A stretch of DNA of 64,000 nt from an uncultured Methanomicrobiaceae archaeon (GCA_963826525.1 CAWGXH010000004.1:320001-384000); one strand, 5' to 3'. Positions 42,728 to 53,757 are shown, counted from the first letter of the stretch. A program made the numbers and translations. Notes: generated from the sequence alone by a model not told the origin.

Positions 42728-43087
42728 ACGGCGGAGTAGTGGACTCGATCCTTCAGTTCCTGCTGTTTCCCCGCATTCCAGCCGGCAACGTCCTGCATGT
42801 AGCCGGTCACTCTGCTGATCTGCACCACATCGTGACTGCCGCACTCCGGACAGACGGCACAGCCACAGAGCGGACAGGTACTCAATCCGCTCGACGATGG
42901 TGTGGTGGCAGGAGCAGTGATCGAGTGGGCACATGATCTCAAGGTGCACCTCGCCGCAGTGGGGGCACGGGGTTTCGTCCACAACAAAGTGACAGGTGTG
43001 GCACTTGTATCTCCGCTCCTCAACGGGGATATCCTCGAGCCTCTGATACTTTTCTGCAATTGTTCGCTGCTGTGGGCTCCAGTTCAT
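42724..43087 (-). CDS. Small Cys-rich protein carrying an NrdD-type C-terminal glycyl-radical motif (frameshift near 42878)
   Basis: After one-base correction ~120 aa ending CPECGSHDVVQISRVTGYMQDVAGWNAGKQQELKDRVHY. Confidence 0.75.
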
Positions 43088-43222
43088 ACTATCACCTTAT
43101 ACAGGACTGTATTTAAAATCTTCAGAAGCAGGCCGTCTGTATCCGCCTCAGGCAACTCATAGGGTTCATCATTCCCGTCAGTGCCAATGTACCGGCGGGA
43201 TCAGAACGGAATACAATACTCA

Positions 43223-43861
43223 TCATTGGCGGATGCGGGCGGCGTAACTTGCAGCCTCGGCTGCCGGGTCGGGTGCCTCATAGATGCTTCGTCCCACGAT
43301 CACGCCGTCGACCAGCCGTGCCACCAGAGCGGGGTCGCCCCCCTGCACACCGACACCCGGGGAGTAGATCGTCCGGGATCCGATGATCTCACGGAGAGTC
43401 GCGATCCGTTCCGGCCGGGTTGCCGGTGCGATGATACCGTCCGCCCGGGATGCGACCGCGAGCTCGGCAAGCCGTTCGGCGATGCCCCCGTGGAAGAACT
43501 CAGTCGCCCCCGGATGGCTCATCTCCGCAACGATATAACACGCCCCGCCGACATCGTGCGCTGCTGCAACGCACGCCCGTGCGGCATCAGAGCCGGTGAA
43601 ACCATGGGCGATGATCGCATCGAATCCTGCCGCGAAGACCTGTTCGCAGATCAGGCGATTGGTATTCGGGATATCGGCCACCTTGAAGTCCGCGATCAGC
43701 GGGAGGCCGAGGCCGCCGAGGTCGCGGGCGATCCCGAGACCTGCGGAGAGAACCAGCGGATACCCGATCTTTACCGCATCAACGTGAGGAGTACAGACCT
43801 CCGCTATGGCAATCGCCCGCTTCCGGTCGAGGACGTCGAGGGCGAGGATAAGTTCCGTCAT
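43223..43861 (-). CDS. pyrF: Orotidine-5'-phosphate decarboxylase
   Basis: ALD, VKIG, DFKVADIPNT, PGVG.QGG, IVGRSI. Confidence 0.95.
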   Translation of the reverse strand: MTELILALDVLDRKRAIAIAEVCTPHVDAVKIGYPLVLSAGLGIARDLGGLGLPLIADFKVADIPNTNRLICEQVFAAGFDAIIAHGFTGSDAARACVAAAHDVGGACYIVAEMSHPGATEFFHGGIAERLAELAVASRADGIIAPATRPERIATLREIIGSRTIYSPGVGVQGGDPALVARLVDGVIVGRSIYEAPDPAAEAASYAARIRQ

Positions 43862-44794
43862 CGTTCCAGCCTCTCGAGTACCGCCGCGACGAGCAAGGGC
43901 AGGTTGATGGTAGCATCTCCGTATACGGTCACGGCTTTCGCCTCTTCCGTAATCTTCCCCCAGGATCGGGCTTCGTCAAGCGTCGCCCCGGAGAGACCCC
44001 CGAGGTCCGGCCGGTCGCCCGTTAACTGGACGGCATAGTCAAAACCCTTCTCAGTCATGAGCATGCTCTGGAGGATGTAATTCTTCGGGACACCCCCGCC
44101 GACAAGCAGCGCACCCGCACGCTCCGCCGTAAAGCAACGGTCGAGCAGGGCGGGCATATCGGCGAAGGCATCCACGACCACGCGGTGCGTCTGGGAGAAG
44201 AGCCAGGTCCTGGAGCCCTATCATCGAGTCCTGAATGGCGGGACAGTACACCGGAATCTCTTTTTCAGCCGCCGCCGCAAGGATGCCGCTCTCCAGACGT
44301 CCGCCGATTGCCCGGAGCAGATCGCTGATCGAGATGGTGGAGCCCTCTGCGAGCTCTCCGTAGACATCCTGCATAAATTCTTCAAAACGGATGAATGCTT
44401 CATTTGGGAGGAAGACATCGTAGATCCGGTTGATCTCCTCTTCGCGGAGCTCGATGTCGGAACAGACGGCGGTACCGTGGTAGTGACGGCACCCTATCCC
44501 CTCGATGATGTCGTGCGTGAGGTTGGCACCGGTAGAGACGAGGACGTCGATATGTCCCCGGCGGATCAGATCCGAGACGATGCCCCCCATTCCTGCGGGC
44601 ACCATAGCACCGGCAAGCCCGAAGAACCGCGTTGCCCCCTCGTCACGAAGCATCCGTTCATAGATGCCAGCTGCCTTCCAGAGTGACCCGGCATTATAGG
44701 CACCCGCCCGGCCGAGCTCATCCAGAAGTTCCCCGACCGTCATCCCGGGGCGAATCTCTGCCTGCTCTACCGCATCCCCGCAGTGTATAGTCAT
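43858..44794 (-). CDS. dys: Deoxyhypusine synthase (frameshift near 44205)
   Basis: AGAMVPAG, STGAN..HD, NRIYD, PAIQDS, GGGVPK, GGLSGATLDEARSWGK, DATI. Confidence 0.9.
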
Positions 44795-45004
44795 GATGAA
44801 TTACACCAGTTAATTATAGCGTTGGCGCTCATACACAATTAAACGATAACACCGCCTCCGGGAAGCCGACGGATGGTGAATGCCGGTGCAACGATTTCTG
44901 TTCGGTGACGTCAGGAGAGATTCGACGGATCCAGAATATCTCTGAACGCCTCTCCTCGATAACCAGGTCGTTATCCGCGGTCAGATTCCTGCTTGGTAGC
45001 GTCG

Positions 45005-45043
45005 GAAAATAAAAAAGGGTGTCAACAGGGGATGTTGGCACCC
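45005..45043 (-). terminator. Hairpin plus U-tract terminator-like element
   Basis: GGGTGTCAACA-GGGGA-TGTTGGCACCC (45017-45043) followed on the minus strand by TTTTTTATTTT. Confidence 0.55.
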
Positions 45044-45423
45044 GGCACGGGGCGATCCCGTCTACACCGCACCGGGAATATCGAGGTTAGAACAACCATC
45101 TCTTTTTGCAGCGGGTGCAGAGGAGGTCACCGGAAGAGCTTCCGGAGGGCATTCCTGGCCTCATCAGCACCCGCTTGGGCAGCATGCCCCGGAGATCGTT
45201 GATCATCGGTTCCGATCCGTCACATGCCGGGCGATAGAGCGCTCCGACCGTTCCGTCACGTACATCCGTTCCGGGATCACCATACCTAATTAGCCAATTC
45301 AGCTTAAAATAAGAATAAGTTAAATAAGTCAGTCTTTTTCCTTTGACATCTTCAGGCAAGTCCTCCCGGGATAAAGACCAGAGGACGGAAGTGCACGGGG
45401 CACCAGGAGACGGAAAAGATCGA

Positions 45424-46691
45424 TCATAGCCCGGAATTATCGGTAGCCCGCCGGAATACGGAGAATTCGGATGCATCAGGAACCCCCCGGACCAAGGGTT
45501 TTGCGAGGTGCCGCCGTGCCGTCGGGGGCACTTCGTACCACCCCGGCTGCACCCCACGAGGCCTCGAAACCTTCTCGGGCTCATCCGTCCGTGCACCGCA
45601 GGCTCTGCACTTGTATCCTTTTTCCTTCCCCGCGCTGGTCATCCGCTTCCCACAGATCGCGCAGAGAGGCGGTCGGAAGGCGGCCGGATCGGCAAGGGTG
45701 CAGACACAGATCTTCTCAAGGTTGATGCTGCCGCCCTTGAAGCTCCCGACAGCGATCACCTCGTCCCCAGGAAGAGCTGCCTGACAACACCCCGGAACTG
45801 TTTGGTAGGTTCATAGGCCATGCAGCGGACGGCATCTCCCCGATCTTCGAGCGGAACCGATACGTGGCCGCCGATGCCGGTCACCGGTTCGGTGGCGACC
45901 CGCCCCCGGGCGAGGTACGAATGCCCCTCGAGCAGAGCGCCGATCGAGCCTGCGAGCAGGTGAGCGTCCGTACCCTGGTTGGTGACGTAGATCTCTTCGT
46001 AGATCGGCTCTTCGGAGACGACAGACTCCCGCGCCCGCAAAACCCAGGCAGGGCTCTCGCCGCGGATCCCGAAGAGTACCGGGTCGGGCGTATGCGGAAC
46101 ACAGACAACCACCCCGTTCTCGCGGTCGACCGAATCCCAGGTATGCGGATACGTCGCCGTTTCCGCACGAAAGAGACTGTCCTTCTCCACCTGCCGCGGG
46201 GTGCCCCACCGGTCCTGCTTTCGGTACGCCAGCAGTTCATAGGTACGGTCGGGCAGGTGGCTGCAGATTGCCGCAGTCGCACCGATCAACCCGCGCCGGT
46301 TCTTGTAGCCACGGTAACGTGCACCGATATCCTCAAGCACCCCGCACGCATCGTCGATCGTACAGAAACTCCGGAGCGCGGCATAGTAGAAATCGGGGGG
46401 CGGGACGGTCTCCGCGACCACCACCCCCGGATTCGTCTGCTCCGCAGGGAACTCCGCAAGCTCCTCGACACACCGGCAGGCGACGGAAAAGCCAAGGTCG
46501 GCATCTCCTTCCGCCTCAAGGCAGATCGCTGCATTCCCCCGGGTTTTGTAGATCACATTCGGGTTTAAGCGGATCAACCGCGCTTCCCGGACACGGATAC
46601 CGACCATTTCGAGCCGGCGGATAAGCTCGGCTCCCAGGTACGTCGTGCACATTCCTGCCGGCGAATCCGTGTCGTCGATCCCGATCCGCAT
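45424..46691 (-). CDS. tiaS: tRNA(Ile2) agmatinylcytidine synthetase (frameshift near 45770)
   Basis: IGIDDTDS..GMCTTY, RLNPN...KTRGN, PDPVLFGIRG, TNQGTDAH, C-terminal Zn ribbon, RRHLAKPL. Confidence 0.92.
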
Positions 46692-46739
46692 AACCCTCTA
46701 TTTTATATTGTTCCCACACTATATCGATTCTTACGGGAA

Positions 46740-47651
46740 ATGTCACAGGATCGTCTACCCCAGATGGTCGTCAGTATCATGCTTCTCGCCGGATACGATG
46801 TATCGGAGCGGTGCAATATCCGCCCCCGGAGTTTTGATATCATCGGAAAGCGCGGCGATATGCTCCTCATCATCAAGGTAGTCTCCCATATCGACAGTGT
46901 GAGTGCCGATATCGCCTTCGATCTAAATCAGGTCGCACGCTACATCGGGGCAACGCCCCTCATCGTCGGTGAGCGAGCCCGGGATGCTGAGCTCGAGCGT
47001 GGCGTCGTCTACCTCCGGTACGGCCTCTTCGCTATCAGCCCCGAGACGCTGTACGATTATTTTACCGAAGGTATCTCCCCGATGGTCTATGCATCGCCAG
47101 GGGGGCTCTACGTCCGGATCAAGGGCGACCTGATCCGCGAGATGCGGGAGCGCTCACAGATGTCGCTCGGGGATCTTGCATCGAAACTCGGCGTCTCACG
47201 GCGGACGATCAGCAAGTATGAGAGCGGCATGGGTACGACACTTGATATCGCCATCAAACTCGAAGAACTTTTCAACGCATCCCTCGTTGAGTCGATCGAT
47301 ATCGTCGATTACCACACGCCGTCCGAGGATACGCCTGACCAAACCAGAGCCGGGGCTCTCACCGACCTCGAGCGGATGGGCATGGAGATCCACGCCATGC
47401 GGCAGGCACCGTTCCAGGCGCTCGTGCTCTTTGAAGAGCACACGATCCTGACCGCCTACGGGTCGGCGCAGAAGGTCATCAAGCGCGCCTCGCTTATCGG
47501 CAACATCTCACAGATTACCAGAACCCATGCCATCTGTGTCGTAACAGACTATAAAAAACAGAAAAAGATCGGGAAAACGCTTCTTATCGGAGAAGAGCAT
47601 CTTCACTCCCTCGAAGAGGGCTCGGAACTCATCGATATGATTCAAGACTAG
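46740..47651 (+). CDS. Archaeal XRE-HTH transcriptional regulator (thermosome-linked type)
   Basis: RPRSFDI, GVVYLRYG, YASPGGLYV, LGDLASKLGVSRRTISKYE. Confidence 0.85.
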   Translation: MSQDRLPQMVVSIMLLAGYDVSERCNIRPRSFDIIGKRGDMLLIIKVVSHIDSVSADIAFDLNQVARYIGATPLIVGERARDAELERGVVYLRYGLFAISPETLYDYFTEGISPMVYASPGGLYVRIKGDLIREMRERSQMSLGDLASKLGVSRRTISKYESGMGTTLDIAIKLEELFNASLVESIDIVDYHTPSEDTPDQTRAGALTDLERMGMEIHAMRQAPFQALVLFEEHTILTAYGSAQKVIKRASLIGNISQITRTHAICVVTDYKKQKKIGKTLLIGEEHLHSLEEGSELIDMIQD

Positions 47652-47708
47652 GAATGTTTATATAGAACCACAAACCTACATTTCTATCGCTTAACAACGG
47701 TGATAGCA

Positions 47709-49374
47709 ATGTCGAACTTAGGAGGACAACCGATTTTTATTCTGAAAGAGGGTAGCCAGCGTACCCGCGGTCGTGACGCACAGGGAGCAAACATTGCAGC
47801 AGCAAAGGCCGTTGCAAATGCAGTCCGGACAACACTCGGTCCGAAGGGCATGGACAAGATGCTCGTCGACACCATCGGTGATGTCGTCATCACCAACGAC
47901 GGTGTAACCATCCTCAAGGAGATGGATATCGAGCACCCCGCAGCAAAGATGATGGTCGAGATCGCAAAGACCCAGGACGATGAGGTCGGCGACGGTACCA
48001 CCACCGCAGTTGTCGTTGCAGGCGAACTCCTGAAACGTGCCGAGGACCTCCTCGAGCAGGACGTGCACCCCACCGTCATCGCCCACGGTTACCGCATGGC
48101 AGCAGAGAAGGCACAGGAAATTCTCAAGAGTATTGCAATCGATGTCAAGCCTACCGAGATCGATATGCTCCGGAAGATCGCCGACACCGCCATGACCGGC
48201 AAGGGTGCAGAGGCATCAAAGGAGAAACTCACCGACCTCGTCGTCAAGGCGATCACCATGGTCGCCGATGCAGACGGCACTGTCGACACCGACTTTGTCA
48301 AGGTCGAGAAGAAGGTCGGCGGCTCCACCGACGCTTCCGAGATCATCGAAGGCATGATCATCGACAAAGAGCGTGTCCACCCCGCCATGCCCCGCAAGGT
48401 CGAGAGCGCTCGGATTCTGCTCCTCAATGCAGCAGTCGAGTTCAAGAAGACCGAGGTCGACGCGGAGATCAGCATCACAAGCCCCGACCAGCTCCAGATG
48501 TTCCTCGATGAAGAAGAGCGGATGATTCGCGGGATCGTCGACAAGATCGTCGCGAGCAATGCGAACGTCCTCTTCTGCCAGAAGGGTATCGACGACATCG
48601 CCCAGCACTACCTCGCAAAGGCAGGCATCTTCGCGGTCCGCCGTGTCAAGAAGAGCGACATGGAGAAACTCGCCCGTGCAACCGGCGCATCCCTTGTCAG
48701 CAGCATCGACGCCATCGCCCCCGAGGAACTCGGAAAGGCAGGCGTTGTCGAGGAGAAGAAGGTCTCCGGCGAAGAGATGATCTTCGTCACCGAGTGCGAC
48801 AACCCGAAGGCAGTCTCGATCATCATCCGCGGCGGTACCGAACACGTCGTCGACGAACTCGACCGTGCCATCGAAGATGCACTCCGTGTGGTCAGCGTTG
48901 CCGTTGAGGATAAGAAGTTCGTCGCCGGTGGCGGCGCACCCGAGATTGAGCTCTCGCTCCGGCTCAGGGAGTATGCAGCCAGCGTCGGTGGCCGGGCTCA
49001 GCTCGCCATCGAGGCATTCGCAACCGCCCTTGAGATCATCCCGCGTACGCTCGCAGAGAACGCCGGTCTCGACCCGATCGACATGCTCGTCGCACTCCGT
49101 GCAGCCCACGAGAAGGGCGGCAAGAACGCCACGTTCATGGGTCTCAACGTCTTCCAGGGCAAGCCCGACGACATGCTCGACGGCGGGCGTCGTTGAACCC
49201 CTCCGGGTCAAGACCCAGGCTGTCGCCAGCGCTGCCGAAGCAGCCATCATGATTCTCCGGATCGACGACGTCATCGCTGCCTCCAAGATGGGCGGCGGCG
49301 GCGGACCAAGCCCCGAAGAGATGGCCGCAATGGGCGGCATGGGTGGCATGGGCGGCATGCCCGGAATGATGTAA
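47709..49374 (+). CDS. ths: Thermosome (group II chaperonin) subunit, frameshift near 49185
   Basis: [27 protein letters not shown]; second frame GVVEPLRVK...ILRIDD and GGM tail. Confidence 0.96.
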
Positions 49375-49404
49375 GCACCGTAGAGAACAGATACAACACC
49401 TATC

Positions 49405-49440
49405 GGGAGCCGTCCAGAAGGCTCCCCAATCCTGTTTTTC
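49405..49440 (+). terminator. Hairpin plus T-tract after the thermosome gene
   Basis: GGGAGCC-GTCCAGAA-GGCTCCC followed by GTTTTT. Confidence 0.5.
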
Positions 49441-49656
49441 AACCATTCCTGCGAGAGAGACCGCACTTATGCAACATATTTCGCTCAAATAGTCTCAGAG
49501 CATCCTTCGGAGTGCGATCAAGCAGATATAAAACCCCTGAATTCAAATCTCGGCGAGTAAACCGCACGCTCTAAATAGGTAGAGATAAATCTAACACTAC
49601 GGGACACTATGGTTCCTCTGGGGGGGAGGACGTATTCCGGGAGAAATGGCGGCGAG

Positions 49657-51579
49657 ATGGAGATGAAGGAAAACAAGACCCATGCAGCACGGCCACTCTC
49701 CTTCATCCATTACCTGATCATCGCCATTCTGCTGATACTGATCCCGGTAGTCGCGCTCATCTCCTACATCGACTATACCGAGGTCGGGCAGGAGCAGGCG
49801 GCGAACGACAGGATGCTCCAGAACCAGACCGAGCAGAGCATTATCCTCTCCATCACGCTCGTCGATACCGGCCTGAAGATCTTCGACGACAGCCTCACAA
49901 GGGAGATGCAGGAGGGATTTTCACCGTTCCTCGCTGAATACAAGCGGGCCGGGGGCGATCCGGCGGGGATGGATCTTGCAGCCGTCAAAGCAGAGCTCGG
50001 CGGGGTTATGGATCTCTATATCATCAACGAGACAGGTATTATCGAGTACACCACATTCGAACCCGATCTCGGCTTTGACTTTACAACAATCCCCTACTTT
50101 TACGAGTACATCACCGCCCTCCGGCAGAACGGCAGCTTCGCGGCGGACAGGATCGTCAACGAGATGTCGACCGGAGAACTGCGGAAATACGCTTACATGC
50201 CGACACCCGACCGCCGCTACCTCCTCGAACTCGGTCTTGCCGAGTCGGAGTTCCAGAAGTACCGGTCGATGCTGAAGTACAAGGATACCGCCGCACGGGT
50301 GATCGAGCTCAACCCGAATATCGACAGCCTTCGGATATTCAACTGGCGCGGAAAGCAGGTCACCAAACAGACGGTGCCCGACGAGGACGCCCGGCAAGCG
50401 ATGGTCATGCAGGCATACGAGCAGAAGCAGGACCTCGAGCTCGTCAACGAAACGACGGGAGATGCGATCCGGTTTATCTTCATCGACCTGGCCAGTCCTG
50501 ATTACGCCTCTGACATGAGCCTGATCGTCGAACTTGCCTACAACACGAGGCTCGCCGCAGAGCATCTCGATCATCTGCTGTTCACGCACGGCCTCATCGC
50601 CTTCATCGCGATCCTCCTTGCCGTCGAGCTGACGGTCATCGCGGCCCACCGGGTCACCCGGCCAATCCGCGATATTGCCGATGACGTCGACGTGATCGCC
50701 CGGGGGGATCTCGACCATACGATCCGGGCGTCGGGAGGTGCGGAGTTCGTCAGACTTGAGCGGAGCATCACCACGATGGTTGCCGCCCTAAAGGCGCATA
50801 TCGAGCGGCTCGGGGCCTCGGAGGAGCGAGAGCGCGAGTACAGCGAGCACCTCGAAGAGCAGGTCAGGACGCGAACGGCAGACCTGCAGACGAGCAACGA
50901 GAAGGTCAACCTGTACCTCGACATCATGACCCACGACATCAGCAACGCCAATAATGTCGCAAGCCTCTACGCAGACCTCCTCCTCTCCGAGGTCGCCGGG
51001 GAGCCCGAAGAAGTGTACGTGCAGAACGTCAGGAAAGGGCTGCAGAAGAGCGTCCAGATCATAAGGAACGTCAGCACCATACGGAGAATCCAGGAGAAAC
51101 GCCGCCCGCTTATCAGTGTAAGCCTTGATTCTATCATCCGAAACGAGATTGGCCACTATCCCTGTGCCACAATCAATTACACGGGAACGGACGCGTACGT
51201 CCTCGCCGACGATCTCCTTGCAGTTGTATTCACCAATCTCCTCGGAAACGCCGTAAAATTCGGCGGGTCTGGCGTTACGATCGCGATACGGGTCCAGGAT
51301 GGGGAGGAGACCGTCCTCGTCTCGGTCGAGGATACCGGCCCCGGGATCCCGGAAGACCTGAAAGAGACGATCTTCAACCGGTTCAGACGGGGGAACAGCA
51401 GAGCGAGTGGCAGTGGCCTCGGCCTTTACATCTGCCGGATGCTCATCGAGCGCTACGGCGGCAGGATATGGGCCGAAGAACGGGTGCCGGGCAGACCGGG
51501 AGAGGGGGCTCTGTTCCGGTTCACCCTCATACGGGGAGAATCCCAATCGGAAGGCGACGGGCAGGTGATCGGAGAATGA
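49657..51579 (+). CDS. Membrane sensor histidine kinase 1 (extracytoplasmic domain, HAMP, HisKA, HATPase)
   Basis: 2 TM helices, HAMP (GDLDH), H-box THDISN, NLLGNAVK, DTGPGI, GSGLGL. Confidence 0.9.
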   Translation: MEMKENKTHAARPLSFIHYLIIAILLILIPVVALISYIDYTEVGQEQAANDRMLQNQTEQSIILSITLVDTGLKIFDDSLTREMQEGFSPFLAEYKRAGGDPAGMDLAAVKAELGGVMDLYIINETGIIEYTTFEPDLGFDFTTIPYFYEYITALRQNGSFAADRIVNEMSTGELRKYAYMPTPDRRYLLELGLAESEFQKYRSMLKYKDTAARVIELNPNIDSLRIFNWRGKQVTKQTVPDEDARQAMVMQAYEQKQDLELVNETTGDAIRFIFIDLASPDYASDMSLIVELAYNTRLAAEHLDHLLFTHGLIAFIAILLAVELTVIAAHRVTRPIRDIADDVDVIARGDLDHTIRASGGAEFVRLERSITTMVAALKAHIERLGASEEREREYSEHLEEQVRTRTADLQTSNEKVNLYLDIMTHDISNANNVASLYADLLLSEVAGEPEEVYVQNVRKGLQKSVQIIRNVSTIRRIQEKRRPLISVSLDSIIRNEIGHYPCATINYTGTDAYVLADDLLAVVFTNLLGNAVKFGGSGVTIAIRVQDGEETVLVSVEDTGPGIPEDLKETIFNRFRRGNSRASGSGLGLYICRMLIERYGGRIWAEERVPGRPGEGALFRFTLIRGESQSEGDGQVIGE

Positions 51580-53468
51580 AGAAGGACGGTACGGAGAGCC
51601 GGGAGCGGCTCTCCTTCTCCTGGTACCTGCTGTTCGCGATCATCCTGATCACCCTTCCCATCATCGGCTTCATCTCGGTGATGGACAGCCAGAAGGTCGA
51701 AAACGAGCTCATAGCAAACCATCTCCTCCTGCAGGAGCAGACGGAGAAGAGCATCGGCCAGTCGATACTCCTGATCGATACCGGGCGTAAGCTCTTCGAC
51801 ACCTCCCTCGACCGGAGGATGCGGCAGGGGTTCGATCCATTCTTAGCGGAGTACGAACGATCCGACCGGAATCCGGCGGCGATGGATCTCCCTGCAGTCA
51901 GGGAGCGGATCGGCGAGGATACGGATCTCTTTGTCATAAATGAGAACGGGATCATCGAGTACACAACCTATGAGCCGGATCTCTTGCTTGATTTCAAGGC
52001 TTTCCCGGAGTACTATGCATCCATTACCGCGCTGCGCCTTGGAGACACCTTCTCCGCGGATCGGACGGTCCAAGAGTCCGATACCGGACGAGTGCGAAAG
52101 TACGCCTACATGCCGACGCCGGATCACCGCTATCTCCTCGAACTCGGCACGACGCTCCCGGAGGCCTCTCCATACGCCGCCGAACTCGGGTATGCATCCA
52201 GAATCAACGAAACTCTGGACATGAATCCGGACCTGCTCGCCATCAGGATCTTCAACGAATTCGGGCTGCAGGCTGCCGTGAAACACGAGGGAGTATCGAT
52301 TAATCATTCAAGGGCTCTGCCGATTGTGGCGTCCGTGCTCCGGGATAAAAACACCGTTGAGATCGCGGACCCGGAGAGCGGAGCACTCTCCCGGTTTGTC
52401 TATATCGATCGCACCGACCAGGATTATTCCCTCGACATGAACAGTGTCGTCGAGCTGACCTACACTACCGCACCTCTCGCGGAGGAGTTGTACAGGACAC
52501 GGCTGCACCACCTGCTCCTCGCTCTCGTTGCCATCATGCTGACCGCAGGGATTGCTTTTCCCATCGCAACCCGTATCACGCAGCCAATCCGTGAGATCGC
52601 GGACGACGTCGATGCGATCGCCCAGGGGGATCTCGACCACGCGATCCGGGCATCGGGAGGTGCGGAGTTAATCAGGCTCGAGCGAAGCATCACCACGATG
52701 GTTGCCGCCTTAAAGGCGCATATCGAGAGGCTCCGGATCTCGGAACAGAGACTACGCGAGCACAGCGCGCACCTCGAAGAGCAGGTTGGGGAACGGAAAG
52801 CAGACCTCGAAACATCCAACCAGGAGGCAAACCTCTACCTCGATATCCTCATCCATGACGTCAACAACGCCAATGCCGTTACCCTCGGCTATGCCGCCCT
52901 TCTCACCGAGTTATTCGAGGGAAAACGACGCGACCATGCAGAGAAACTGCTCCGGAGACTGCAGGTGAGCAGCGATATCATCAATCACGTATCGGCGACC
53001 AGAAAAGCACTGGAGGAAGGGGTAGAGTTCAAGGTGGTCAATCTCGACGAGATCATCAGGACCTGGACTGCCGGTCATCAAACAGAGGCTATCCGGTACG
53101 AACCGCAACCGGTCACCGTATACGCCGACGAGCTCCTCGCCGAGATCCTTGAAAATCTGATCGGGAATGCCGCCAAGTTCGGGGGGGCCGGCGTCGGGAT
53201 TACGATTCGCGTCGAAGAACAGGGAGATACCGCCATCGTTTCGGTCGAGGATACCGGCCCCGGAATATCCGATGAGCTGAAAGAGGTGCTCTTCAACCGG
53301 TTCAAAAAGGGTGCGGAGGCCGGAAGCGGGAAAGGACTCGGACTCTATATATCCCGGATGCTCGTCGAACGCTACGGCGGCAGGATATGGGTCGAAGACC
53401 GGGTGCCGGGCGCGCCGCACGAGGGAACGGTCATCCGGTTTACCCTGAAGAAGGCGTCCGGGCAATAA
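51576..53468 (+). CDS. Membrane sensor histidine kinase 2
   Basis: Same architecture; IHDVNN; start overlaps the HK1 stop (ATGA). Confidence 0.9.
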   Translation: MKKDGTESRERLSFSWYLLFAIILITLPIIGFISVMDSQKVENELIANHLLLQEQTEKSIGQSILLIDTGRKLFDTSLDRRMRQGFDPFLAEYERSDRNPAAMDLPAVRERIGEDTDLFVINENGIIEYTTYEPDLLLDFKAFPEYYASITALRLGDTFSADRTVQESDTGRVRKYAYMPTPDHRYLLELGTTLPEASPYAAELGYASRINETLDMNPDLLAIRIFNEFGLQAAVKHEGVSINHSRALPIVASVLRDKNTVEIADPESGALSRFVYIDRTDQDYSLDMNSVVELTYTTAPLAEELYRTRLHHLLLALVAIMLTAGIAFPIATRITQPIREIADDVDAIAQGDLDHAIRASGGAELIRLERSITTMVAALKAHIERLRISEQRLREHSAHLEEQVGERKADLETSNQEANLYLDILIHDVNNANAVTLGYAALLTELFEGKRRDHAEKLLRRLQVSSDIINHVSATRKALEEGVEFKVVNLDEIIRTWTAGHQTEAIRYEPQPVTVYADELLAEILENLIGNAAKFGGAGVGITIRVEEQGDTAIVSVEDTGPGISDELKEVLFNRFKKGAEAGSGKGLGLYISRMLVERYGGRIWVEDRVPGAPHEGTVIRFTLKKASGQ

Positions 53469-53757
53469 CTCCCGTTACCGGAGAGCGCTGCCGGATAGAA
53501 ACACCGAGGGATTGCACCGCCCGACGCAGGAAAGGGACGGCATGGATCTTCCGCGTGCCGATGCCTCCTCCGGCAGATTCGTGCTGCCCGACCGGTGAGC
53601 AGATCCTGCAGGCAGCAAGTGTTAAAACGCGGAAGTACAATACGGGGTGATGATCGCAGGGAGCGTCCCTGCCCCGGCGGACTGCTCACGCCGGCGATAT
53701 TCAGTCTAGCGATACCGGGCAGCGCCTCCAGACCCCGCCTCCGCCTATCCCCGGCTC

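Noticed and set aside
41849-43087. Apparent 412-aa Zn-finger-CbiZ fusion
   Set aside because: A single extra base near 42878 joins two genes; the alternate frame restores the NrdD-like C-terminus and its stop
43621-43631. CGAATCCTGCC matching the tRNA-Leu T-arm as a possible attR
   Set aside because: Only 11 nt, inside pyrF coding sequence, with no integrase in the window
45140-45170. CTGATGAG on the minus strand as a hammerhead ribozyme core
   Set aside because: No GAAA after a stem II and no matching stem I/III arrangement
49320-49372. Tandem GGCGGCATG repeats
   Set aside because: They encode the ordinary GGM tail of the chaperonin
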